Origin: an uncultured Chloroflexia bacterium
Lineage (GTDB): Bacteria; Chloroflexota; Anaerolineae; Anaerolineales; UBA4823
DNA: 64,000 nt
Direction of reading: 5' to 3'
Assembly: GCA_963828845.1 (NCBI GenBank)
Contig: CAWHGE010000016.1
Span: forward strand, 12,302 to 76,301
Below, one piece after another: positions 53,959 through 63,486 of the stretch. Positions within the stretch are counted from its first letter, which is position 1. The number at the start of each line of letters is the position of its first letter. Below the pieces are notes generated by a model, which worked only from the letters and a program-made list of their open reading frames with translations, ran no database searches and was not told the DNA's origin. Made by a program: the position numbers and the translations under genes.

Positions 53959-54518
53959 CCAAAATCAGCGGAGATTCCGCAATGACCATCGACATGAGAT
54001 GATTTCGATAATTCTGAACCCATGGCTCAAAAACGAGTTGCAGCGATATTACGCTACTACCGAGCAGATCACTCAGTATACGAACGCTTTATTGAAATAG
54101 ATCAACAACATATAAATGCGCCCATATCGAGAAGATCACTTTATCAATCAAGATCACATCGATATCGGAGAGCACTAATCGATATACGGGTGTATTTGAT
54201 CGAAATAAATCCTTCAAATGAACACACCTTCAATTATAGCACAAATGTTCTAATCCACAAGAGGTTTATGGAAAACTCGCAAAATTTTAAGATTTCTCAT
54301 AAAAGACGGGGTGATCATTGAGCTTTGTATGATAAACCAAATAAAGAGCTGCCGAATTCCGGAAATAAAGCTGCACCATTGAGGCGCACAAATCCCACCT
54401 GCGTGGGTGGTGAAAGATAAGAGATTTTCGGTTTCGATAGAACTGCAACCCAAACAATTCTCCTGTAGAAATCACTTCCTAATTTTCTTCTTGCTTAATT
54501 ATCCACTTTACTAATTGC

Positions 54519-57500
54519 CTATCCCTCCATCCCCGCCAACAGCCTTTCATATAGCTTCTTCGTAGTGGGCAGCGGTTCGATCCCCATATCTTCTGCCAAT
54601 ATCTCAATCAGTTCCTGGTATTGGCGCATCAGTCCTGCCCGGTCACCAAGGGCTGTGTAAACCCGCATTAGCTGGCAATGTAAATCCTCAAGCAAGTTGT
54701 CCATCCGGAGAGCTCGGTGCAACAAGTCCAGCGAACGGGTGTAGCGTTCATGAGTGAAGTGATAGTCAGCAAGCTGCCTGAGCATCCCCAAATATTCTTG
54801 GGAAATCCGCCTGCGCTCGGGGAATAGCCAGTCATAATACAAATTCTGCAGGTAATCCCCCTGGTACAAGCTGGTGGCCTGTTCGAGCCAACGCACAGCT
54901 GTCTCACCATCTACGGCTGCACGTGCATTGGCGAGGGCAGCGTCAAACTCGTCCACATCGATGTTAAAACGAGCTGCATCCAGGTGATACTCTCCCGCTT
55001 CCACCAAAACAAATCGGGGTGTTGGTTCTTGTTTTTTAAGGGCGTTACGCAAGCGGGAAAGAGCAGTATGAAATGCCGTCATTCCTCGACCTGGCTTTTC
55101 TGCCCATATAGATTCGAATACCTTCTCTGCGGGGATACGCTCGCCTCGGAAGGTGACGAAGAATGCCAGTAAGTCACGCGCTTTAGCAGACACCCAACGT
55201 TCCTGCGTGATTTCCTCCCCTCCTAAATATACACTGAAGTTACCCAAGCACCGCACCACAATAGCTGATGGATCATTGAGTATGATCGATGTTTTACGGT
55301 TTTGGGTTGGTAGATACTCAAGCACACGATCCACAAATGGCGTTCTCTTACCTGCGGTCACAAGTGCATTGCACACCAATCGACTACGTTCACCCTGATC
55401 TATGAACAGCTGGAATGCACCCGTAGGCTCAATCATGTGTAGCGCTTTATTGGCATACTCGATTCCCATTTCCTGTCGCCCGGTGATCAGGTGAATATAA
55501 GCCAATCCTAAATAAACCAACGCCAGAGGGATGCGGAATTGCCGCCGCTCACCCACTTCGACCAACTCCTGGTATAACTCCTCTGCTCTTTTGAGCATAC
55601 CTTTATCCAGTGCAGTGTCAGCCAACACGCTACGGCACACATAAACCTCGTATGCATCTGGATGACCCCGGTATACCCAAAGTGCTCCTTCAGCCAGCTG
55701 CCAGGCTTCATCCACGCGCCCCTGACTGCACAAGTTTAATGCCAGATAACCGGTGGCCATGATCTGATCGTAGGATGCAGTTCCTAGCAGGACGGCCAGC
55801 TCCAGCGATTGCTTCAGGGCAGTTTCTGCGCGTGCCATTTCCCCAACGCGGGTGAGCACATTCCCCATGGCGGTATAAGCTGCGGGTAGTAACTCATTTA
55901 GATGCAGCGTTTGGGCGATACTTAATCCCCGCTCAGCATAGCGCAATGCCTCCTGAAATTCTCTCCAATATAGATACGGGCTAACCAGCATAATGTAAGC
56001 TTGCGCTGCCATGGGAGATAACTCATCTGGCGCCAGACGAAGTGCTTCCTGAGTATGTTCCACTGCCGCTTGTGGGTCTCCCGACCACCAGCAAATCTGC
56101 CCGAGGGATTGGAGGAAGCTTGCCCGGGCGAGGGTGGATAATTTTTCTCCTGCCAGACGCGATTCTTCCACTGCCTGCTCCGCCAATGATCTACCACGGT
56201 CCATACCCGTGAGGAAGCCAGTGCTTTTCGCCAATGCCATTAAGGCTTCGGCTCGAGAGGCATGATCCTCGTCGGGAGATGCCTGTAAGGCTTGTGTAGC
56301 CAATCCCTCCGCTGATCGGTAATTCCCTTGTGAACGTTCAACTTCTGCCAATCGAGTTAGTGCCCGGCTGACACCGGAGGCTTCGTTATTCATGGCAAAT
56401 ACAAGGCGCGCCTTCTCATATGCGCTAACTGCTAACCCTGCTTTTCCCATCCGCCGATGCACATTGCCATGTTGTAGCAAAAGGTCAGGGTACTGGTTCA
56501 TCACTTCGATGGGTAAGCAGGATAAGTAGCGATGAAGAGCTTCGACGCGCCCACGTTCGACATAATCACCTGCGAAATTGCACGCACATTGTGCGGCTTC
56601 AATTGTTTCACCCGCCTGGATATAGTGTTGGAAAGCGGATTCCCATTCATATAGCCTTTTATAATACCCCCCTGCTTTAGCTTCCAGCTGCCTGAGTAGT
56701 TGTGGATAATCACATCGTAGCTTGCTTAGCAAGAACTCGCGAAATAAGTAGTGATACCGATACCATTGGCGCTGCGCATCCAGGCTGTTGACAAATAAAT
56801 TCTGCTCCTCAAGTTGTTCCAATGTATTTTGAGCATCGAGTACATTTGCAATAACATTACAGGAAGCAGAGTCCATCTGATCCAGGACTGCTGTATGTAA
56901 CAAGAACTGTTGCCTGTCCATGGTTAAACGACGAAAAACCTCTTCGGTGAGATATTCAAATATAAAACGCTGTGATCCACTCAAGCTTAATATCACATCC
57001 GATGCTGCCTGGGCATCCTTACCTGAAAGCATCGAGCGTACAATTTGCAAGGCAGCTGCCCAGCCTTCAGTTTTCTCATTCAACAGACTAAGACTCTCAA
57101 ATGATATCCCGGGTATCTCCATCTGTATCAGTTCAGTAACCTCATCCTCCCTGAAGCGTAGATCAGACGCACGTAGCTCTGCCAGGATCCCACGCGCCCT
57201 AAGTCTCGCTAATGATAATGGAGGATCGTTACGGGTTGAAAGGAGTATATGCAAATTTTGTGATCCATTTCCCAATAAAAAATCCACCAGTTGGTGTACC
57301 ACCAGCGAGGTTATATAATGGTAATCATCCATCATAATTAGATATGGTTGGGTAAGCTGCTCTCCCAGCTCATTTATCAAGACAGTCATAACCTGCTGTG
57401 GATCGATACCACTCTGAGGGCTTTCAAGCAGTGCCAACGTGTTTTGCCCGATTAGATCTTTATCGCTTGTCGAAGAAAATCGCGCCCGTCTTAGCGCTTC

Positions 57501-57752
57501 AATAAGATAAGTTATGAAGGTGTAAGGGTCTGAATCAGATGGATCAAGCTGGTACCATGCTACTGGTAGCTCGGTTTTGGCCAGGAATTCCGCAAGCAGG
57601 CTTGTTTTACCGTAACCTGCCGATGCAGAGATAAGGATCAACCGTTGTTCCAGATGGTTTTCCAACCATTGGATAAGATGCGGTCGAGGAAGATAGCCAC
57701 GCCCAGCACGCGGGAGAAGGAATTTGGTAGAAAGTAAGATGGAGGGCTTCAT
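54519..57752 (-). CDS. large STAND-type transcriptional regulator: MalT-like P-loop NTPase, TPR array, C-terminal SARP module (OmpR-type wHTH plus BTAD)
   Basis: The ORF is uninterrupted. The N-terminus reads LSTKFLLPRAG..PRPHLIQWL..ISASAGYGKTSL (MalT/LAL-like). A long TPR-like helical region follows. The C-terminus reads RCLGNFSVYLGGEEI..ARDLLAFF, then the BTAD helices YQGDYL..LHCQLMRVYTALGDRAGLMRQYQEL. The ATG at 57752 is preferred over the TTG at 57809. Confidence 0.8.
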   Translation of the reverse strand: MKPSILLSTKFLLPRAGRGYLPRPHLIQWLENHLEQRLILISASAGYGKTSLLAEFLAKTELPVAWYQLDPSDSDPYTFITYLIEALRRARFSSTSDKDLIGQNTLALLESPQSGIDPQQVMTVLINELGEQLTQPYLIMMDDYHYITSLVVHQLVDFLLGNGSQNLHILLSTRNDPPLSLARLRARGILAELRASDLRFREDEVTELIQMEIPGISFESLSLLNEKTEGWAAALQIVRSMLSGKDAQAASDVILSLSGSQRFIFEYLTEEVFRRLTMDRQQFLLHTAVLDQMDSASCNVIANVLDAQNTLEQLEEQNLFVNSLDAQRQWYRYHYLFREFLLSKLRCDYPQLLRQLEAKAGGYYKRLYEWESAFQHYIQAGETIEAAQCACNFAGDYVERGRVEALHRYLSCLPIEVMNQYPDLLLQHGNVHRRMGKAGLAVSAYEKARLVFAMNNEASGVSRALTRLAEVERSQGNYRSAEGLATQALQASPDEDHASRAEALMALAKSTGFLTGMDRGRSLAEQAVEESRLAGEKLSTLARASFLQSLGQICWWSGDPQAAVEHTQEALRLAPDELSPMAAQAYIMLVSPYLYWREFQEALRYAERGLSIAQTLHLNELLPAAYTAMGNVLTRVGEMARAETALKQSLELAVLLGTASYDQIMATGYLALNLCSQGRVDEAWQLAEGALWVYRGHPDAYEVYVCRSVLADTALDKGMLKRAEELYQELVEVGERRQFRIPLALVYLGLAYIHLITGRQEMGIEYANKALHMIEPTGAFQLFIDQGERSRLVCNALVTAGKRTPFVDRVLEYLPTQNRKTSIILNDPSAIVVRCLGNFSVYLGGEEITQERWVSAKARDLLAFFVTFRGERIPAEKVFESIWAEKPGRGMTAFHTALSRLRNALKKQEPTPRFVLVEAGEYHLDAARFNIDVDEFDAALANARAAVDGETAVRWLEQATSLYQGDYLQNLYYDWLFPERRRISQEYLGMLRQLADYHFTHERYTRSLDLLHRALRMDNLLEDLHCQLMRVYTALGDRAGLMRQYQELIEILAEDMGIEPLPTTKKLYERLLAGMEG

Positions 57753-57756
57753 AAAC

Positions 57757-57771
57757 TGCAAATGATTTGCA
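57757..57771. promoter_or_regulatory. 7-1-7 palindrome in the divergent regulator/transporter control region
   Basis: TGCAAAT-g-ATTTGCA lies 5 nt upstream of the regulator ATG and about 55 nt upstream of the binding-protein ATG. Confidence 0.35.
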
Positions 57772-57826
57772 AACCCAATATGGTAGTATTCTAACAGTAT
57801 CTTAAACAAAAGAGAGGAGAACTGTC

Positions 57827-59509
57827 ATGAAACACAACCGTTTGATCATATTCATGCTGCTAGGTGTCATTCTTCTGGTTACCGCATGTGGCGGACAAAC
57901 CGCGACACCTGTATCAACACAAGCAGCCACCTCACCAACCGAGATCGTTGTGCAACCCACTCAGGTACCTCCCACTGCTGTACCTCCAACTGAGGTCCCA
58001 TCACCAGAACCGACAGCAGCACCGAAAGTGTTGCGTATTGCCAACACCGCCAACTTCACCACCTGGGACCCAATCAAGTCCTTCTCCACTGAAGCTGCAT
58101 ATATGGCGAACATGTATGAGCAGCTTCTACGCATTAACCCACCCGGATCAGAACAGAAATACACTCCCTTGTTGGCGGAGCGCTGGGAATCCAGTGAAGA
58201 TGCCCTCACCTGGACCTTCCACCTGCGCCAGGGGGTGACCTTCCATGATGGCGAGGTGATGAACGCCAATGCCGTCAAGCTGTCCATCGAAGCTGCCGCA
58301 GACCATGCTGGTGCCTCCTTCATCTGGTGGATGCTGGATAACATTGAAACACCGGACGATTATACGGTGGTATTCCACCTTACTGTGGCAGCCCCAATCG
58401 ATCTAATCGCTTCATCCTTGTATGGTGCCTGGATCGTCAGTCCCAAAGCCATGGAAGCCGTCGCTGCTGATGAGGCATATTTCGAAACCGGCAAGGAAGC
58501 TGGCACAGGACCATATATGCTTGATTCTTATACTCCTGACCAGGAAGTGGTCTTCAAAAAGTTCGACAATTACTGGGGTGGCTGGCAGCCCGAGAACTAC
58601 GACATTGTATTGTGCCAGATCGTTCCTGAAGCCACCACCCAGCAACAATTACTGGAAGGTGGTGAAGTGGATTTGGCGAGCTTAATCCCAACCGAAAACC
58701 TGGATTCCTTCCGGACCAACCCCGATTACACTGTGTTCGAGGAAAAATCGTTCTTCAACTATGTCGGTTTCTTCAACACCCTGCGCCCACCGCTGGATAA
58801 TCCTCTGGTCCGCCAAGCACTCTCTTATGCCATCCCCTACCAGGATATCATCGACATATCTGTGGCAGGCTTGGGAACGCAAAGCCGCGGTCCGGTTCCT
58901 GAAGGCGTTTGGCCATGGTCTGATGAGGTGATGCAATATACCTATGACCTGGATGCAGCACGTGATTTATTAAAGGAAGCGGGCTATGAAAATGGTGGTT
59001 TCTCCATTAGACTGACCCATGCATCGGAAAACGCGGCTGAGACCTTATTTGCCCCGCTGATCAAGGATTCCTTCGCCCAAATTGGTGTGGACGTCTCCAT
59101 CGAGCCGATGTTATTCAACCAACAGTGGGAGCTATCGAAAACCGATCCAGCCAATGCACAGGATATGTTCCTCCTGCTCTATTGGCCCACCTATTCAGAC
59201 GCTGGCTCTGATAACCTGTGGTCAATGTTCTATTACACCGAAAAACCGTTCTTCAATCTGTCTTACTGGAACAGCCCAGATTACAATGGGCTGCTGGATC
59301 AGGCGATTGCCTCTACGGTCACAGACCCAACCACATCCCAAAAGTTATACATTGATGCCATGAACCTGCTGGTAGATCAAGCACCTGGGGTTTTCTTCTT
59401 CGACACCAAAGCAGCTTACGTCGTCCCCAACCATATTGCCGGCTTCCAATACAACCTGAACTATCCATTTACGCCATTCTGGTTCTATCAACTAACTCCA
59501 GCTAAATAA
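57827..59509 (+). CDS. ABC transporter substrate-binding lipoprotein, family 5 (peptide/nickel type)
   Basis: The lipobox is LLVTAC, followed by a Thr/Pro-rich linker. WDP, LLAERWESSEDALTWTFHLRQGVTFHDG and the overall size of 560 aa fit the family. A GAGGAG ribosome-binding site is present. Confidence 0.85.
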   Translation: MKHNRLIIFMLLGVILLVTACGGQTATPVSTQAATSPTEIVVQPTQVPPTAVPPTEVPSPEPTAAPKVLRIANTANFTTWDPIKSFSTEAAYMANMYEQLLRINPPGSEQKYTPLLAERWESSEDALTWTFHLRQGVTFHDGEVMNANAVKLSIEAAADHAGASFIWWMLDNIETPDDYTVVFHLTVAAPIDLIASSLYGAWIVSPKAMEAVAADEAYFETGKEAGTGPYMLDSYTPDQEVVFKKFDNYWGGWQPENYDIVLCQIVPEATTQQQLLEGGEVDLASLIPTENLDSFRTNPDYTVFEEKSFFNYVGFFNTLRPPLDNPLVRQALSYAIPYQDIIDISVAGLGTQSRGPVPEGVWPWSDEVMQYTYDLDAARDLLKEAGYENGGFSIRLTHASENAAETLFAPLIKDSFAQIGVDVSIEPMLFNQQWELSKTDPANAQDMFLLLYWPTYSDAGSDNLWSMFYYTEKPFFNLSYWNSPDYNGLLDQAIASTVTDPTTSQKLYIDAMNLLVDQAPGVFFFDTKAAYVVPNHIAGFQYNLNYPFTPFWFYQLTPAK

Positions 59510-59521
59510 GCCTGATCCAAA

Positions 59522-59553
59522 CAGGGAGCGGAACTACCATGCTCCGCTCCCTG
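59522..59553 (+). promoter_or_regulatory. intercistronic stem-loop after the binding-protein gene
   Basis: A perfect 11-bp stem cagggagcgga/tccgctccctg with a 10-nt loop and no U-tract. It could act as an mRNA stabiliser or partial attenuator, as seen in other ABC importer operons. Confidence 0.55.
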
Positions 59554-59607
59554 CACCCGGCAGGTTTATAATCGGTTCGTTACGGGCGTACCCCAACCTG
59601 GAACTGT

Positions 59608-60631
59608 ATGCGCAGACTTGAATTTATCCTCCGGCGCTTGCTGACCTCTATCTTCGTGCTGATTGGCGTCTCGATTATCACGTTTTCACTCGCGCGCGTC
59701 ATTCCTTCCAATGCAGCCGCTCTATACATCGGTCCCAAAGCAAGACCCGAGGACATTCGCGCGTGTCACCATTAAGCTTGGGCTGGATAAGCCACTGCCG
59801 GTCCAATATCTCATCTACATGGGCGACCTTTTACACGGTGACCTGGGAACATCCATCGGTACGAAACGGCCAGTGCTGCAGGAGCTATCCGGCCGCCTGC
59901 CAGCTACCCTCGAACTGCTGATCTCAGGCATGGCATTGGCTGTGTTCATTGGCGTGCCCATGGGGGTGCTCAGCGCTCGTTGGCAGGGCAAACCAATGGA
60001 TGTGTTTGTGCGTACCATCTCCATCATCGGAGTTTCGATGCCCGCCTTTTATCTCGGCCTATTGCTGCAAATATTTTTCTTCCGCAGGCTTGATCTATTA
60101 CCTCTGGCCGGACGCTTCAGCAATGCATTACGCTTCACCAATCCGATCGACCCTGTCACTAACTTTCTGCTCTTGGATGCCCTGATTGGACAGAACTGGA
60201 TCGCCCTCAAGGATGTTGCCTTACATCTTGTTCTGCCTGCCATTACTCTGGCAGCTTATCCGAGCGGTTTAGTCGCTCGGATGACGCGCGCCACCATGCT
60301 GGAAGTCATGGAGCAGGATTACATCCGAACTGCCCGTGCCTATGGGATTCGTGAAACAGCGGTTGTTTATCTATACGCATTAAAAAATGCAATCAGCCCC
60401 ACCCTGACCGTGATTGGGCTAACAGTGGCATTTGCCCTCACAGGTACCTTCTTCGTTGAGGTCATATTTAACTGGCCTGGGCTCGGACTATTCACAGTTC
60501 ACTCACTCCTTAATGTGGATTACCCTGCGATCATGGGTATCACCCTTTTTGGAGCTACTATGTACGTAATCATCAACTTGGTGGTTGACCTTGTTCAAGC
60601 CTGGATTGATCCGCGCATCTCGCTAAAATAA
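59608..60631 (+). pseudogene. ABC transporter permease (DppB/OppB-like); one frame change near 59760
   Basis: MRRLEFILRRLLTSIFVLIGVSIITF runs from the ATG at 59608. The rest (LGLDKPLPVQY and the EAA-like loop YIRTARAYG) is in ORF 59663-60631. Confidence 0.85.
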
Positions 60632-60632
60632 C

Positions 60633-61526
60633 ATGAGTACCATCCCTGCCATCGCCGTAGAACCCGCGCTCCAAAGTACTCGCACATCCAGGCATGTACT
60701 TAGTGTCATCCTGCGTGACCCGCTTTCACTGATCAGCACAATAGTCATCATCCTTTTTATTCTGATTGGAATATTTGCTTACCAGGTCGCTCCATTCCCG
60801 AAAGAAGGTGCTGGCAAGACCAATGTGCCCAACTCATTGCTCTCGCCTTCTCTGGCTCATCCCTTTGGGACGGACAAGCTCGGGAGAGATGTGCTAAGCC
60901 GCGTCATTGTCGGAGCACGCCCGGCATTGATTGTCCCCATCGGTGTGGTATTGTTCGCCGTATTCATTGGTGCCCCGCTTGGAGCGATTGCCGGTTACAA
61001 GGGCGGCTGGATCGACGAGGTAATCATGCGCATCACCGATCTGTTCCTGGCCTTCCCCTCTCTCTTGCTGGCTATGGCCATTGCATCTGCTCTTGGCCGT
61101 GGTCTTCAGAACGCCGCAATTGCTCTGGTTGTATCCTGGTGGCCCTGGTACACCCGCCTGACGCGCGGGGTGACCATCAGCTTGAAAGAACGTTATTTTG
61201 TGGAAGCTGCCCAGGCGATTGGCGTACGTGATTCGATTATTATCCTCCGTCATATCCTGCCGAATACCATATCTGCAATTCTCGTCCAAGCGACGGTTGA
61301 CCTGGGTACTGTTATCCTGGCGATGGGTGGTCTGGCTTTCCTAGGGCTTGGAACTCAGCCACCTTCCCCTGACTGGGGTCTGATGATCTCGGATGGACGC
61401 ACATATATTTTGGAGCAGTGGTGGATTTCCACATTCCCTGGTCTAGCTATCTTCGTGATCGTACTAGCGTTCAACATGGTCGGAGATACCTTGCGGGATA
61501 TTTTCGATCCGAGGCAATACCGATGA
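60633..61526 (+). CDS. ABC transporter permease (DppC/OppC-like)
   Basis: 297-aa uninterrupted ORF with FGTDKLGRDVLSRV and the loop YFVEAAQAIGV. Confidence 0.85.
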   Translation: MSTIPAIAVEPALQSTRTSRHVLSVILRDPLSLISTIVIILFILIGIFAYQVAPFPKEGAGKTNVPNSLLSPSLAHPFGTDKLGRDVLSRVIVGARPALIVPIGVVLFAVFIGAPLGAIAGYKGGWIDEVIMRITDLFLAFPSLLLAMAIASALGRGLQNAAIALVVSWWPWYTRLTRGVTISLKERYFVEAAQAIGVRDSIIILRHILPNTISAILVQATVDLGTVILAMGGLAFLGLGTQPPSPDWGLMISDGRTYILEQWWISTFPGLAIFVIVLAFNMVGDTLRDIFDPRQYR

Positions 61527-62503
61527 ACACCGTGTTGGAAGTCCGTGACTTATATCTCGAATTTAAAACCTCGCGAGGCAACCTTAAGGCTTTAAACGGA
61601 ATCAGCTTTGATGTGCGTAAAGGTGAAGTCCTCGGATTGGTGGGTGAGACAGGATGCGGTAAAACCGTTACCGGATTGACCATCCTTAGGCTTCTGGCAC
61701 GCTCAGCGCGTATCACGCATGGCGAGATCATCCTGGAAGGAACAGATCTATTGAAATTACCCCGGGCAGAGATGGAGAAAGCGCGCGGTAGCCAGATCGC
61801 CATGATCTTTCAAGACCCATCATCCTCGCTCAATCCGGTTTTCACCACCGGTGAACAGATGATTCGGGTGATCCGTCGACATAAAGCGTTATCAAAAAAT
61901 AATGCCAAAAAACACGCTGCGGATATGCTTCAAGCGGTTGGATTACCTGATGTTGATCGCATTCTGGAAAGTTATCCTCACCAACTCTCCGGTGGGCAAC
62001 AGCAGCGAGTGATGATCGCCATGGCGCTCTCCTGCCATCCACATTTGCTTATCGCAGATGAGCCAACTACATCTCTTGATGTTACCATCCAGGCACAAAT
62101 CTTAAAACTACTAAGCCAGCTGCAGAAAGAATTTGATATATCAGCCATCTTAATCACTCATAACCTGGGGGTGGTGGCTCAAACCTGTGACCGTTTGATC
62201 ATCCTGTACGCCGGTCATGTGATGGAGATAGGCACGACACGGCAGGTGTTCAAAAATCCACAACACCCCTACTCCCGAGGGCTAATTGCAGCTGTGCCTC
62301 TTCCAGGTACCCGAGGTAAGAAGATGGCGGTCATCCCAGGCGTCGTGCCATCCAACCCAGGTATACTGCCGGGTTGTCCATTTGCACCACGTTGCCAGTA
62401 TGTTTTCGAACGTTGCACACAGGAAGTGCCTAAACCATTCCCGGTGGGTGAAGAGCATTGGAGTGCCTGCTTCCTGGTGGATTTAGATCCCCATCAGAGG
62501 TGA
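61523..62503 (+). CDS. ABC transporter ATP-binding protein (DppD/OppD-like)
   Basis: The start is MNTVLEVRDL, with an ATGA overlap to the permease gene. It has GETGCGKT, LSGGQQQR, LLIADEPTTSLD and the C-terminal oligopeptide-type motif HPYSRGL..CPFAPRC. Confidence 0.9.
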   Translation: MNTVLEVRDLYLEFKTSRGNLKALNGISFDVRKGEVLGLVGETGCGKTVTGLTILRLLARSARITHGEIILEGTDLLKLPRAEMEKARGSQIAMIFQDPSSSLNPVFTTGEQMIRVIRRHKALSKNNAKKHAADMLQAVGLPDVDRILESYPHQLSGGQQQRVMIAMALSCHPHLLIADEPTTSLDVTIQAQILKLLSQLQKEFDISAILITHNLGVVAQTCDRLIILYAGHVMEIGTTRQVFKNPQHPYSRGLIAAVPLPGTRGKKMAVIPGVVPSNPGILPGCPFAPRCQYVFERCTQEVPKPFPVGEEHWSACFLVDLDPHQR

Positions 62504-62510
62504 TTGATTC

Positions 62511-63482
62511 ATGACCTCTCTAGTGGAAGTGCGATCGCTAAAAAAGTACTTCAGGCTACCAGGAGGCTGGCTAACGGGTAAACGCCGCTACGTTTTTGCC
62601 GTGGACGGTGTGGATCTTTCCATTGAGCAAGGTGAGGTATTCGGACTTGTGGGTGAGTCTGGCTGTGGTAAGACCACCCTGGGGCGGATTTTATTGCGTC
62701 TCATTCAACCTACCGCAGGGCAGGTGGTCTTTGATGGCAAAGACCTAAGCACTCTCAAAGGTGAAGCCTTGCGTCATATGCGCCAGCAGATGCAGATCGT
62801 CTTCCAAAACCCACTGTCATCACTCAGTCCGCGTATGAAGATTGAACGGGTAGTTGCTGAGCCTCTCATTACCCACAAAACTGTCGAAGCAGGTATGGTG
62901 AGGTCACGCGTCCTCGAGCTGCTCGAGCAAGTGGGACTTGGCAGGCAGCACCTGGATCGCTTTCCACACGAATTATCGGGTGGTCAGTGCCAAAGGGTGG
63001 CCGTCGCACGTGCCATGGCGCTTAACCCACGCTTGCTTGTATTGGACGAACCGACCTCTGCCCTTGATGTTTCTGTCCAAGCGCAAATCATCAACCTGTT
63101 AGATGAATTACGTAAGAGTCATGGACTGACCTACGTTTTCATCTCACATGATCTCAATGTGGTGCAGCATATCAGCGATCGAATTGGTGTGATGTATTTG
63201 GGCAAGATTGTTGAGCTGGCTAGCTCGGAGGATATCTTCTCCGCCCCACTGCACCCATATACCCAAGCGTTATTTGGTGCCATCCCGTTGCCTGATGTAG
63301 ACAATCCACGTGAGTTAACCGTGCTGGAGGGTAATGTCCCCAGCCCAATCAACCCACCTTCAGGTTGCCGCTTTCACACCCGCTGCCCACTGGCACAAGA
63401 GATATGCTCGCAGAAAGAGCCGTTATTACGGCCAGTAAGAAGTAATCGTATCGTTGCATGCCATTTTGTGAATGAGGAGTAA
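62511..63482 (+). CDS. ABC transporter ATP-binding protein (DppF/OppF-like)
   Basis: It has [36 protein letters not shown] and CRFHTRCP. Confidence 0.9.
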   Translation: MTSLVEVRSLKKYFRLPGGWLTGKRRYVFAVDGVDLSIEQGEVFGLVGESGCGKTTLGRILLRLIQPTAGQVVFDGKDLSTLKGEALRHMRQQMQIVFQNPLSSLSPRMKIERVVAEPLITHKTVEAGMVRSRVLELLEQVGLGRQHLDRFPHELSGGQCQRVAVARAMALNPRLLVLDEPTSALDVSVQAQIINLLDELRKSHGLTYVFISHDLNVVQHISDRIGVMYLGKIVELASSEDIFSAPLHPYTQALFGAIPLPDVDNPRELTVLEGNVPSPINPPSGCRFHTRCPLAQEICSQKEPLLRPVRSNRIVACHFVNEE

Positions 63483-63486
63483 TTCA

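Noticed and set aside
54022-54475. ORFs 54022-54321 (+) and 54250-54475 (-) in the AT-rich gap downstream of the STAND regulator
   Set aside because: They are basic, low-complexity translations with no motif, no ribosome-binding site and mutual overlap. They are most likely chance ORFs in AT-rich non-coding DNA.
54519-57752. STAND NTPase-TPR protein as an Avs-like antiphage sensor
   Set aside because: It ends in a complete SARP DNA-binding module rather than a nuclease, protease or other effector. It also sits divergently from a transporter operon, which fits a transcriptional regulator.
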